Assembly: GCF_035572195.1 (NCBI RefSeq)
Contig: NZ_DATNBA010000133.1
Location: forward strand, 7,021 to 71,020
Source of the DNA: Hyphomicrobium sp.
GTDB taxonomy: Bacteria > Pseudomonadota > Alphaproteobacteria > Rhizobiales > Hyphomicrobiaceae
DNA: 64,000 nucleotides
Direction of reading: 5' to 3'
The notes beneath the pieces are model-generated. The model saw only the letters and a program-made list of their open reading frames with translations. It made no database searches and was not told where the DNA came from. This document shows, piece by piece, positions 21,891 to 31,066 of this stretch (positions are counted from its first letter, which is position 1; every line of letters begins with the position of its first letter). Made by a program: the position numbers and the translations under genes.

Positions 21891-23272
21891 GCCAGACAAC
21901 AGTCGTACACGGCGAGAAGATCTCGCTACTCCGCGTCCTTGGTCCCGCTCACATCTGGGCCCTCGGTGTCGGTATCGTTCTCGTCGGCGAATACATGGGT
22001 TGGAATTTCGCGGTCGGAAAGGGCGGTGCAATAGCGGCCCTTATTGCCTGCTGGTTCGCAGGTCTTCTCTACACGTGCGTCGCCATGATCGATTCCGAGG
22101 TCACGTCGACGGTCGCCGCGGCAGGCGGCCAATATGCCCAGGCCAAACACATCGTTGGCCCGGTCATGGCCTTCAATGTCGGTCTGTATCTTGTGTTTGC
22201 CTACACCATGCTCGAAGCGGCCAACGCCATCACGCTTGGCTACCTTGTGCAAACAGTGGGCAGCATGGCGGGCTTTGAGAATGTCCATGACAAGCCATTC
22301 ATCGTGCTCACGATCATGTTCTTGGCATGGCTTAACTACCGGGGCGTCTACGCGACGTTGACGTTCAACCTCGTCCTCACGGCAATTGCATTTGTCGCCA
22401 TCATAATTTTGTTCGCATGGGTGAGGCCATGGTCGACGGAAATGCTCAAGCACAGCGACCTTCTAAACGGACTGCCGTATGGCTTCATCGGCGTCATAGC
22501 CTCGCTGCACTTCGGTCTTTGGTACTACCTCGGCATAGAGGGTACGTGCCAAGCGGCCGAAGAAGTGCGGTCTCCCGCTAGGTCTCTGCCGCTCGGCACG
22601 ATGTCAGGCATCATCACGCTGCTTCTGGCGGCCACAATGACTTGGTACGTTTGCACCGGGTTGATGCCGTGGGAATATCTCGGGCAGGCGATTACGCCAT
22701 TGTTTGATGCCGCTCGACTGACTGACTCGAAGCTGTTGATGATCCTCCTGTTTGTCGGCACCATGTTCTCAACGATGGCGTCGGCCAACGGCTGCATCAA
22801 CGATGCCTCCCGGGCATGGTTCTCGATGGGGCGCGACCGGTATCTCCCGACTTGGTTCGGTGCTGTTCATCCAAAAAACAGAACGCCGTTCCGGTCGATC
22901 GTGTTCCTTGTTCCTGTGGCGCTGATATTCGCGTACTTCGCACCACTCGATCAGGTCATCACGTTCTCGATCCTGTCGGGCCTGCTCGGCTACACGTACA
23001 TGTCCTTCAATGTGATCATGTTCCGTAAGAAGTGGCCGCTTGATAGGATCAAACGCGGGTATATTCATCCGTTCCACCCGCTGCCGGCTCTCGTGCTGCT
23101 CCTTCTCTGCTCGGTCACGTACTTTGCCGTGTTCCTGGGCTACGGAACGCAGCTCGTCGCGATGATGTTGTTCTTTGCGGTCGCCTCAATATGGTTCCAC
23201 TTCCATCGCTACCGCTTCGTTCGCCGTGGCGATCAGTTCTCGATGCAGTGGCCTCGCCCTGTGGGCTACTGA
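21887..23272 (+). CDS. APC-superfamily permease, ethanolamine permease (Eat)-like; candidate methylamine transporter
   Basis: LGPAHIWALGVGIVLVGEYMGWNF resembles the Eat N-terminus; GIEG...AEEV..P motif; about 12 hydrophobic segments. Confidence 0.85.
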   Translation: MSQTTVVHGEKISLLRVLGPAHIWALGVGIVLVGEYMGWNFAVGKGGAIAALIACWFAGLLYTCVAMIDSEVTSTVAAAGGQYAQAKHIVGPVMAFNVGLYLVFAYTMLEAANAITLGYLVQTVGSMAGFENVHDKPFIVLTIMFLAWLNYRGVYATLTFNLVLTAIAFVAIIILFAWVRPWSTEMLKHSDLLNGLPYGFIGVIASLHFGLWYYLGIEGTCQAAEEVRSPARSLPLGTMSGIITLLLAATMTWYVCTGLMPWEYLGQAITPLFDAARLTDSKLLMILLFVGTMFSTMASANGCINDASRAWFSMGRDRYLPTWFGAVHPKNRTPFRSIVFLVPVALIFAYFAPLDQVITFSILSGLLGYTYMSFNVIMFRKKWPLDRIKRGYIHPFHPLPALVLLLLCSVTYFAVFLGYGTQLVAMMLFFAVASIWFHFHRYRFVRRGDQFSMQWPRPVGY

Positions 23273-23282
23273 GTTCAAAATT

Positions 23283-23318
23283 CGAAGCGGCGGGACTCGC
23301 GTCCCGCCGCTTCGTTTT
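23283..23318 (+). terminator. Rho-independent terminator of the permease operon
   Basis: Perfect 14-bp stem CGAAGCGGCGGGAC-TCGC-GTCCCGCCGCTTCG plus TTTT. Confidence 0.85.
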
Positions 23319-23385
23319 GTTACATTCTGTTTTTCGAAGCTAGCAGACTGAGACTCTGGCCAATCAACAATGAGCGGATAATTCC

Positions 23386-24066
23386 TTGCTATCGATCGCC
23401 TCGATTTTTGTAGGGGTGCTGGGCTTAGCCCTCATCGCGTTCATGGGCATGCGGGACCATGCCAAACTTCGAGAAAAGCGACGCGATCTCCTCGATCAAA
23501 GCGCCGGGTTGCTCGAACGGAGCAGCATCAATCATTGCGGCGATGGATTTCCCAACCTCGAGGGCCGTCACCTGGGCCGCTACGTTCGTGCCGAACTCAT
23601 TCCGGACACGATGACGATCAAGCGGTTGCCGCAACTCTGGCTCTCCTTAAGCCGGATCGAGCCCCGGCCTGACAATTCCGAATTTGCCGTCCTTGTGCGG
23701 CCATCAGGAACGGAATTCTATTCACTGACGACGGGCTACGAACATCGGTTGGAGCCACCGGCGGGACTACCTGCTGAAATCCTGGTACGGGGTAACAGCC
23801 CGTCTGCGCAGCGACATCTCGATCGCGTCGGCCCGATCATCGGAAAAATTCTCGCCGATCCCAAAGTAAAGGAAGTCGGTGTCACGAAAAAAGGCCTGCG
23901 CCTCGTTTGGCAAGCCAGCGAAGGTCGCCGCGGCGAGCACTTGATTTTGCGCCAGTGCGTATTCGACGATGCGCGCGTGACTCGTTCGGACTTTGCGAGA
24001 CTTCTCGCCTATCTCGATGAGTTGAGCCTCGCCCTCACCGGCTCGGCTGAGGCTCCTGCCGCATGA
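23386..24066 (+). CDS. N-terminally anchored hypothetical protein
   Basis: 226-aa ORF, single N-terminal hydrophobic helix, TTG start, ATGA overlap with next gene. Confidence 0.75.
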   Translation: MLSIASIFVGVLGLALIAFMGMRDHAKLREKRRDLLDQSAGLLERSSINHCGDGFPNLEGRHLGRYVRAELIPDTMTIKRLPQLWLSLSRIEPRPDNSEFAVLVRPSGTEFYSLTTGYEHRLEPPAGLPAEILVRGNSPSAQRHLDRVGPIIGKILADPKVKEVGVTKKGLRLVWQASEGRRGEHLILRQCVFDDARVTRSDFARLLAYLDELSLALTGSAEAPAA

Positions 24067-24356
24067 GCAACTCCAATGACCGGCCGCCGATCAATCCCTA
24101 CGTCGTTCTCGTGTTGGCAATTTTGTTTCCGGGCGCTGGCCATGTTGCGGTAGGGCAGCCGCAGAGAGGCTTGGGCTTCGCATTCTTCACCCTGCTTCTT
24201 GCTCTTGTGACCTGGTATACGACCACGCCCGAGCGCTCGTTCATCGGGCGCGCTGCCGGCGGCCTGTTCGTCTGGGCATTGTCGATCCCCGATGCCTACA
24301 AGCTCGCCAGAATCCAGTACACCGCCTGGATGAGGCGCCATCCGTCCAATCGATGA
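24063..24356 (+). CDS. Small membrane protein with PGAGH motif
   Basis: LAILFPGAGHVAVGQ..RG and SIPDAY motifs; three hydrophobic segments. Confidence 0.75.
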   Translation: MSNSNDRPPINPYVVLVLAILFPGAGHVAVGQPQRGLGFAFFTLLLALVTWYTTTPERSFIGRAAGGLFVWALSIPDAYKLARIQYTAWMRRHPSNR

Positions 24357-24389
24357 TGGACGCGTTCCCGAACGCGGACGGCTGCCGCG

Positions 24390-25337
24390 TCATTCGCCGA
24401 TCGTCAATCCGCTGATACCCGTCCCGGCCATCACCTTCCTCACGGCATCTGCGAGATCGCGCGGGATGTTTCCAAGCTCCCTGTAGCGCGCCACCATCGT
24501 CAGTTTGCGATTGATCTGGGGACCCGGCAGCCGCGCAATTTGAAGGCCTTTGCTTGAAACCTGGGATTCGGCAAAGCAAACAGGTGTCGTAATCGCAAAA
24601 CCAAGCCCGGCCGCGACCATCGCCGCGACTGCGTAAGGACTATCAAACTCGAACGAATTCGGAATATCGACGCCGAGCCGCCGTAAATGGCGTTCGATTT
24701 CCAGTCCTGTCTGCGACCGGCCGCTGAAGCGAATGAGCGGAACGGCATTGGCCAGTTTTTTGAGCTCCGAAACGCTGCGAACGGCGCCGTTCCGGCTGCT
24801 CATGAGCAGCACGTAGGGCTCCCTGAAGAGTTCCCATCTTTCAAGTCCCGGCAATTCTTCCAAATCGTCGACGCCGAGAAACAGATCGAGCCGGCGCGTT
24901 AGAAGCTCGCTCGCATGCGTGGCGGTCAGGCCGGAGAGGATCGAAACCTCATCGGCGCGCGAGGCAAGATACTGGGAGAGCGGCACGGTGAGGGCGCGGC
25001 TGAGAGAATCCACCAGTCCCACTCGGATCAACGGAACCTTGCCGTGCTTGGTCTCACGCAAGAGTGGCGCGATTTGTCGAGCATCGGCAATGAGCGCGCT
25101 TGCCCGCTGACGCATCAGTCCCCCAGCCAATGTCAGGGCCAGGGGGCGGACGGTCCGATCAAAAAGGCTGGTGCCGGTTTTCCGCTCTAGCTCGGCGATG
25201 GCAAGCGAGACCGCTGGTTGGGTCAGCCCCAGCTCGCGCGCCGCCGCCGCCATGGCTCCGGCCTCGCAAACCGCCAGGAAGATTTCTAGCGATCGCAGAT
25301 CAAACGGCAGATTGTGGGATTTGTCGCTCATCGCCAT
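24390..25337 (-). CDS. LysR-family regulator divergent from mgdABCD
   Basis: DLRSLEIFLAVCEAGAMAAAARELGLTQPAVSLAIAELE HTH; start moved to ATG 25337 (or 25331). Confidence 0.92.
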   Translation of the reverse strand: MAMSDKSHNLPFDLRSLEIFLAVCEAGAMAAAARELGLTQPAVSLAIAELERKTGTSLFDRTVRPLALTLAGGLMRQRASALIADARQIAPLLRETKHGKVPLIRVGLVDSLSRALTVPLSQYLASRADEVSILSGLTATHASELLTRRLDLFLGVDDLEELPGLERWELFREPYVLLMSSRNGAVRSVSELKKLANAVPLIRFSGRSQTGLEIERHLRRLGVDIPNSFEFDSPYAVAAMVAAGLGFAITTPVCFAESQVSSKGLQIARLPGPQINRKLTMVARYRELGNIPRDLADAVRKVMAGTGISGLTIGE

Positions 25338-25339
25338 AG

Positions 25340-25356
25340 TATAAGTAAGACTTATA
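25340..25356. promoter_or_regulatory. LysR recognition site
   Basis: Perfect palindrome TATAAGT-AAG-ACTTATA containing T-N11-A (25342-25354), between the divergent lysR and mgdA starts. Confidence 0.75.
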
Positions 25357-25418
25357 TATACTACAATCCGCCGGTCTCTAAATTCTAGGTCACAAGCTGC
25401 CGCCAAGGAGCGAATTGG

Positions 25419-26678
25419 ATGCCGACCAATCGTTACTCTATCTTTTCAGTGCTCCGCGAGACCCTGCGCGGCCACACCGGCTGGGGTCCGGCTTGGCGGG
25501 ATGCCCAACCGAAATCGGACTACGACATCGTAATCATCGGCGGCGGCGGACACGGCCTAGCGACTGCTTATTACCTTGCCAAGAATTTTGGACTGTCGCG
25601 AATTGCGGTCGTCGAGAAGGGCTGGATCGGTGGCGGCAACGTTGGCCGCAACACGACGATCGTCCGGTCGAACTACATGCTGCCCGGCAATATCCCATTC
25701 TACGAGCAGGCTTTGAAGCTCTGGGAAGGCCTCGAGCAAGACATCAATTACAACGCCATGGTCAGCCAGCGTGGCGTGCTCAATCTTTACCACTCCGACG
25801 GCCAGCGCGATGTTTTCGCCCGGCGAGGCAACGCGATGCGCATACACGGCGTTGACGCCGAACTTCTCGACGAACAAGCCGTCCGCAAGATGGTGCCGTT
25901 TCTGAACTTCGACAATGCACGCTTCCCGGTTCGCGGCGGACTGCTGCAAAGGCGGGGCGGTACGGTTCGTCATGATGCCGTGGCGTGGGGCTACGCGCGC
26001 GCTGCAGACCAGCACGGCGTTGATATCATTCAGAACTGCGAAGTGAAGGGTTTCAGGCGAGAAGGCGGCCGCGTAACCGGTATCGAGACATCCCGAGGGT
26101 TTATCGGCGCCAAGAAGATCGGAATGGCGGTCGCCGGAAACTCTTCGCGCGTCGCCGCCATGGCCGGCCTGAGATTGCCGATCGAAAGTCATGTCTTGCA
26201 GGCTTTCGTCACGGAATCGATCAAGCCGTTCATCGATGGCGTCGTGACCTTCGGCGCCGGGCATTTCTACATCAGCCAGTCCGACAAGGGCGGTTTGGTG
26301 TTTGGCGGCGATCTCGACGGCTACAACAGCTACGCGCAACGCGGCAACCTTCCGGTCGTCGAGGACGTCTGCGAAGGTGGCATGGCGCTGATGCCCCGAA
26401 TTGGCCGCGTGCGTCTTCTGCGCGGATGGGGCGGCCTGATGGATATGTCGATGGACGGCAGTCCGATCATCGACCGCACGCCGATCGACGGTCTCTATTT
26501 CAATGGCGGCTGGTGCTACGGCGGCTTCAAAGCCACCCCGGCCTCCGGGTTGTGCTTTGCGCATCTGATCGCGCGTGATGAACCTCATCCCGTCGCCGTC
26601 CCATATCGCCTCGACAGGTTCGCAACCGGACACGCCATCGACGAAAAGGGCGTGGGACCGCATCCCAACCTCCACTGA
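25419..26678 (+). CDS. mgdA: N-methylglutamate dehydrogenase, SoxB-like flavoprotein subunit
   Basis: GGGGHG FAD motif, GRNTTIVRSNY, covalent-FMN His region RHDAVAWG; mgd rather than sox assignment rests on the gmaS/mgs context. Confidence 0.85.
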   Translation: MPTNRYSIFSVLRETLRGHTGWGPAWRDAQPKSDYDIVIIGGGGHGLATAYYLAKNFGLSRIAVVEKGWIGGGNVGRNTTIVRSNYMLPGNIPFYEQALKLWEGLEQDINYNAMVSQRGVLNLYHSDGQRDVFARRGNAMRIHGVDAELLDEQAVRKMVPFLNFDNARFPVRGGLLQRRGGTVRHDAVAWGYARAADQHGVDIIQNCEVKGFRREGGRVTGIETSRGFIGAKKIGMAVAGNSSRVAAMAGLRLPIESHVLQAFVTESIKPFIDGVVTFGAGHFYISQSDKGGLVFGGDLDGYNSYAQRGNLPVVEDVCEGGMALMPRIGRVRLLRGWGGLMDMSMDGSPIIDRTPIDGLYFNGGWCYGGFKATPASGLCFAHLIARDEPHPVAVPYRLDRFATGHAIDEKGVGPHPNLH

Positions 26679-26706
26679 ACAGACTTCGACGAAAGGGCTT
26701 CGGACG

Positions 26707-27003
26707 ATGCGAATCAACTGTCCGTGCTGCGGCGAACGCGGCCTCGATGAATTCGTTTATCACGGTGATGCCTCGGTCACGCGGCCGGACGCTCTTGCTC
26801 CCGACGCGATGAACGACTTTGTCAAATATGTTTACGAGCGGACAAACACACCGGGCCTGCACCGTGAGCTTTGGTTTCACGCGGCAGGGTGCCACGCCTG
26901 GCTCGTCGTCACTCGGGGCATCGCAACCCACGCGATCACATCGGTTGAACTCGCACGCGAGGTTGCCCGCAAACGCGATCTCGTAACAGAGGAGAACGCA
27001 TGA
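26707..27003 (+). CDS. mgdB: N-methylglutamate dehydrogenase, SoxD-like Zn subunit
   Basis: INCPCCGER...EF and ELWFHAAGC Zn ligands; start ATG 26707. Confidence 0.85.
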   Translation: MRINCPCCGERGLDEFVYHGDASVTRPDALAPDAMNDFVKYVYERTNTPGLHRELWFHAAGCHAWLVVTRGIATHAITSVELAREVARKRDLVTEENA

Positions 27004-29984
27004 TGGCGTCGCAACAATATCGTTTGCCGTCGGGTGGTCTCGTCGACAGAAGCCGCACGATCTGGTTCGAGTTTGACGGCCAGAATTTTACCGGCCACCC
27101 CGGCGATACACTTGCCTCGGCGTTGCTCGCCAACGGCATCAGGCTGACCGGCCGCTCGTTCAAGTACCATCGGCCGCGCGGAATTTTGAGCGCAGGCTCG
27201 GAAGAGCCGAACGCATTGGTTGAGTTGCGCACTGGCGCGCGCCGGGAAGCCAACACCAAGTCGACGATGGTCGAGCTCTACGATGGCCTCGAAGCCTCGA
27301 GCCAGAACCGTTGGCCGTCGTTGAATTTCGACGTGATGGCGATCAACTCGCTGCTCTCACCCGTCTTTGTCGCGGGCTTCTACTACAAGACGTTTATGTG
27401 GCCGGCGGCTTTCTGGGAGAAACTTTACGAGCCCGCCATCCGCCGGGCCGCGGGTCTCGGCCGCGCATCCGATGCGGCCGATCCCGACACCTACGAGAAG
27501 GCGAATGCATTCTGTGACGTGTTGGTCATCGGCGGTGGCCCTGCCGGACTGGCGGCGGCCTTAAGCGCAGCCAAGTCTGGCGCCCGCGTGATTTTGGCCG
27601 ACGAGAATTTCGCACTCGGCGGCCGCGCCATCGACGACAACGCCCCGATCAACGACAAGGCGCCGGCCGAATGGGTGGCTGCTGTCGAAGCCGAACTCGC
27701 CGCAATGAAAGACGTGCGCATCCTGCGCCGCACGACCGTTTTCGGTACCTACGACGGCGGCACCTATGGCGCCGTTGAGCGTGTTAGCGATCATCTTGCA
27801 ACAGCGCCGTCAGGCCAGCCGCGCCAACGGCTCTGGCGCATCGTCGCCAAGCACGCGGTACTCGCTTCTGGCGCTACGGAGCGGCCGATTGTTTTCGGCG
27901 GCAATGATCGTCCGGGCGTCATGCTGGCGGGTGCGGTTCGTACCTACCTCAATCGGTATGGCGTCCTACCGGGGCAGAAAGCCGTGGTCTTCGCCAACAA
28001 TGACTACGCGGCGACGACGGTCACGGAACTCGATCGCGCCGGCGTTGAAGTCGTTGCGCTGGTCGATTCTCGCCCGCAACCGTCCGAGCTGATCAGCGGA
28101 ATTGCGAGCGCCGCCGAAACGCGGTTGATTTCGGGCGGCGTCGTTACGGACGCCATCGGCAAAAAACATGTAACCGGCGCCGTCATTCGTACGCGCAGCG
28201 GCGAAGAGGTGAAATTGGACTGCGATCTGATCGCGGTTTCTGGAGGCTGGAACCCAAATATCCAGCTGACGACGCATCTGGGCGGCAAGCCCGTTTGGAA
28301 TGACGAACTTTCGACTTTCACGCCGGGCGTGCTCCCGGCAGGTATGTCCGTAGCTGGATCTGCCGGGGGCACATTCGGGCTGAGAAGCGCTCTTGAGTTA
28401 GGCTCGGCAGCCGGCTCCACCGCGGCCACGGCGGCTGGATTCAAGGCCGCTGCAACTTCTGTTCCGCGCGCCAAGGACGAAGGCGTCAGCATTTCGCCGC
28501 TCTGGCGCGTGCCCGCGACGCGCGGCAAGGCTTTCGTCGATCAGCAGAACGACGTCACGGCGTCCGACATCGAACTGTCGGAGCGTGAGGGCTTCCGCTC
28601 CGTCGAACACTTGAAGCGTTACACGACCCTTGGCATGGCGACCGACCAGGGCAAGACCGCCAACGTCAACGCTCTCGCGATCATGGCTGAGCTGACAAAG
28701 AAGTCGATTCCGGAAACCGGAATGACGATGGCCAGGCCGCCCTATACACCGGTTGCGCTTGGCGCCTTCGCGGGACATCACCGGGGCAAGGAATTCAAGG
28801 CGACGCGTCTGCCGCCGTCTTATGCCTGGACGAAAGAGCAGGGCGGAAACGTCGTCGAAACGGGCTTGTGGCTTCGCCCAAGCTATTTCCCGCGGCCTAG
28901 TGATGCCGATTGGCTCGCATCGGTGACGCGCGAGGTCAACACTGTGCGAAGCGCAGTCGGCATTTGCGACGTCTCGACGCTCGGAAAGATCGATGTGCAA
29001 GGGGCCGATGCCGGAGCGTTCCTTGATAAGGTCTACATGAACGGCATGAAGACGCTGGCGGTCGGCAAGGCCCGTTACGGCGGCATGCTGCGCGAGGACG
29101 GCATCTTCATGGACGACGGCACCGTCGCCCGATTTGATGAGAACCATTACTTCGTCACCACCACGACGGCGAACGCGGTGAAGGTGTTCCAGCACATGCA
29201 GTATTGCCACCAGTGGCTGTGGCCGGAACTCGACGTGCACATGATTTCGGCGACCGAGCAGTGGGCGCAATATGCCGTCGCGGGTCCGAAATCGCGCGAT
29301 CTGCTGCGCAAGATCGTTGATCCCGAGTTCGATATTTCCGACGCCGGCTTCCCCTACATGAAGGTTGGGAAGATCAAGGTTTGCGGCGGCGTCAAGGCGC
29401 GTCTCTATCGGATCTCTTTCTCCGGCGAGCGCGCTTACGAGATCGGCGTTCCCGCGCGATACGGTGACTCGATGATCCGCCGGCTTATGGAAGCGGGTCA
29501 GGAATTCGGCGCATGTGCTTATGGAAGCGAAGCGCTGGGCATCATGCGCATCGAAAAGGGCCACGTCAGCGGCCCTGAGCTGAACGGCACGACGACACCG
29601 AGAGATCTGGGACTCGGCGGCATGGTCTCCACGAAGAAGGACTTCATTGGTCGCGTACTGGGAACTCGCCCAGGACTTCTCGACCCCAATCGACCATCGC
29701 TTACCGGCTTCCGCCCTGTCGATCGATCGGAACGTCTCAGATCAGGCGCTCATTTCGTCGCGCGCGACGTCGAAGTAAAGCCGAGCACCGACGACGGGCA
29801 TATGACGTCCGTCGCTTACTCCCCAACGTTGGGGCACTGGGTCGGCCTTGGCTTGCTGAAGCGTGCACCGGAGCGCCTGGGCGAAATTCTTCGCGCTTAT
29901 GATCCCTTGCGTGGCGAGGACACGCTTGTCGAAGTCATCTCTCCTTGCTTCGTTGATCCAGAAGGAACGAAAGTCCGTGGTTAG
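27000..29984 (+). CDS. mgdC: N-methylglutamate dehydrogenase, SoxA-like subunit
   Basis: GDTLASALLANG, SFKYHRPRG, GGGPAG NAD motif, EHLKRYTTLGM, C-terminal GcvT-like folate domain. Confidence 0.87.
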   Translation: MMASQQYRLPSGGLVDRSRTIWFEFDGQNFTGHPGDTLASALLANGIRLTGRSFKYHRPRGILSAGSEEPNALVELRTGARREANTKSTMVELYDGLEASSQNRWPSLNFDVMAINSLLSPVFVAGFYYKTFMWPAAFWEKLYEPAIRRAAGLGRASDAADPDTYEKANAFCDVLVIGGGPAGLAAALSAAKSGARVILADENFALGGRAIDDNAPINDKAPAEWVAAVEAELAAMKDVRILRRTTVFGTYDGGTYGAVERVSDHLATAPSGQPRQRLWRIVAKHAVLASGATERPIVFGGNDRPGVMLAGAVRTYLNRYGVLPGQKAVVFANNDYAATTVTELDRAGVEVVALVDSRPQPSELISGIASAAETRLISGGVVTDAIGKKHVTGAVIRTRSGEEVKLDCDLIAVSGGWNPNIQLTTHLGGKPVWNDELSTFTPGVLPAGMSVAGSAGGTFGLRSALELGSAAGSTAATAAGFKAAATSVPRAKDEGVSISPLWRVPATRGKAFVDQQNDVTASDIELSEREGFRSVEHLKRYTTLGMATDQGKTANVNALAIMAELTKKSIPETGMTMARPPYTPVALGAFAGHHRGKEFKATRLPPSYAWTKEQGGNVVETGLWLRPSYFPRPSDADWLASVTREVNTVRSAVGICDVSTLGKIDVQGADAGAFLDKVYMNGMKTLAVGKARYGGMLREDGIFMDDGTVARFDENHYFVTTTTANAVKVFQHMQYCHQWLWPELDVHMISATEQWAQYAVAGPKSRDLLRKIVDPEFDISDAGFPYMKVGKIKVCGGVKARLYRISFSGERAYEIGVPARYGDSMIRRLMEAGQEFGACAYGSEALGIMRIEKGHVSGPELNGTTTPRDLGLGGMVSTKKDFIGRVLGTRPGLLDPNRPSLTGFRPVDRSERLRSGAHFVARDVEVKPSTDDGHMTSVAYSPTLGHWVGLGLLKRAPERLGEILRAYDPLRGEDTLVEVISPCFVDPEGTKVRG

Positions 29985-30558
29985 CCAAACACTGGCGGCA
30001 CGCTCCGCCTTCACAAACTGGAAGCCGGTAAAGACGTCCGAGCTGGCCATTGATGTGCGCGAGACTCTGACGTTGGCGAGCTTCGCAGCCTTCAAAGGCA
30101 AGAAGGATCAACTGAAAGCGGCGATCCGCGAGCGGTATGGCGTCGATCTTCCCGACACCCCTCAGCGCGTTGAAGGCAAGGACATTGCGTTCGTTTGGGC
30201 CGGCCCGGATCAGTGGATGGCGATCGCCGAGCGCGGACAGAGCCGCGATATCGAAGTCGAGCTCAAGCCGTTGCTCGATGGTTTGAGTTCGGTCGTCGAC
30301 CAATCTGATGCGCGCGCCGTCGTTAGAATATCCGGTCCGCGTTCCAGGGATGTGCTGGCCAAGGGCGTGCCGATAGATTTGCATCCGCGCGCTTTCAAAG
30401 GCAACGGGGTTGCGATCACGCATGCCAATCACGTCGGCATCATCCTTTGGCAGATCGACGATGCCCCGACCTATGAGATCGCAATGTTTCGCGGCTTTGC
30501 CGACAGCTTCGCGCACTGGCTGCTTGAGTCGGCGGAAGAGTTCACACATCAACGGTGA
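29977..30558 (+). CDS. mgdD: N-methylglutamate dehydrogenase, SoxG-like subunit
   Basis: WAGPDQW, VDQSDAR, VLAKGVPIDLHP motifs; GTG 29977 overlaps the mgdC stop. Confidence 0.85.
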   Translation: MVSQTLAARSAFTNWKPVKTSELAIDVRETLTLASFAAFKGKKDQLKAAIRERYGVDLPDTPQRVEGKDIAFVWAGPDQWMAIAERGQSRDIEVELKPLLDGLSSVVDQSDARAVVRISGPRSRDVLAKGVPIDLHPRAFKGNGVAITHANHVGIILWQIDDAPTYEIAMFRGFADSFAHWLLESAEEFTHQR

Positions 30559-30622
30559 CCGCTTCTCTGGGTCGCGAAGCCTGTCCAACCCAGATCAAGA
30601 AAACTTCGAAAGAAATCTCGTC

Positions 30623-30979
30623 ATGACAACGCAACCCGTCACCAAGCTTCCCCCTACCGGTGAGCAGCCGATAACAACCGACCTCGAAGGATGGAAAGTC
30701 GTTTCCGGCAAGCCGACAATGAAGACGTGGATATTGAACACCTCATCGGACGGCCGAATGATATCTGGCGTCTGGGAAGCAACCCCTGGCACCTACCACG
30801 CCACATACGACAAGTATGAATTTGTCCACCTCATTGCCGGCAAGATTACGATTACACCCGATGGTGGCCAGCCCGTTCACGTGGCAGCCGGCGATGCATT
30901 CGCAGTGGAAGCCGGCTTCAAAGGTCAGTGGGTCATTGAAGAAAAAGTCCGGAAACACTTTGCAATACGCGTGGCCTGA
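30623..30979 (+). CDS. DUF861 / EutQ-like cupin
   Basis: SGVWEATPG, EFVHLIAG, GDAFAVEAGFKGQW, RKHF; start moved to ATG 30623. Confidence 0.85.
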   Translation: MTTQPVTKLPPTGEQPITTDLEGWKVVSGKPTMKTWILNTSSDGRMISGVWEATPGTYHATYDKYEFVHLIAGKITITPDGGQPVHVAAGDAFAVEAGFKGQWVIEEKVRKHFAIRVA

Positions 30980-31066
30980 GATTTCTCAGGTCCCGGCCTC
31001 GACGTCCCGCATCCTCAACCGATAACGCGGGATTCCTTCACATAACCAGCATTGGAACAGCTAGCG

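Noticed and set aside
25419-30558. Calling the four genes plain sarcosine oxidase soxBDAG
   Set aside because: Sequence alone cannot separate the two, but co-location with gmaS and mgsABC favours N-methylglutamate dehydrogenase.
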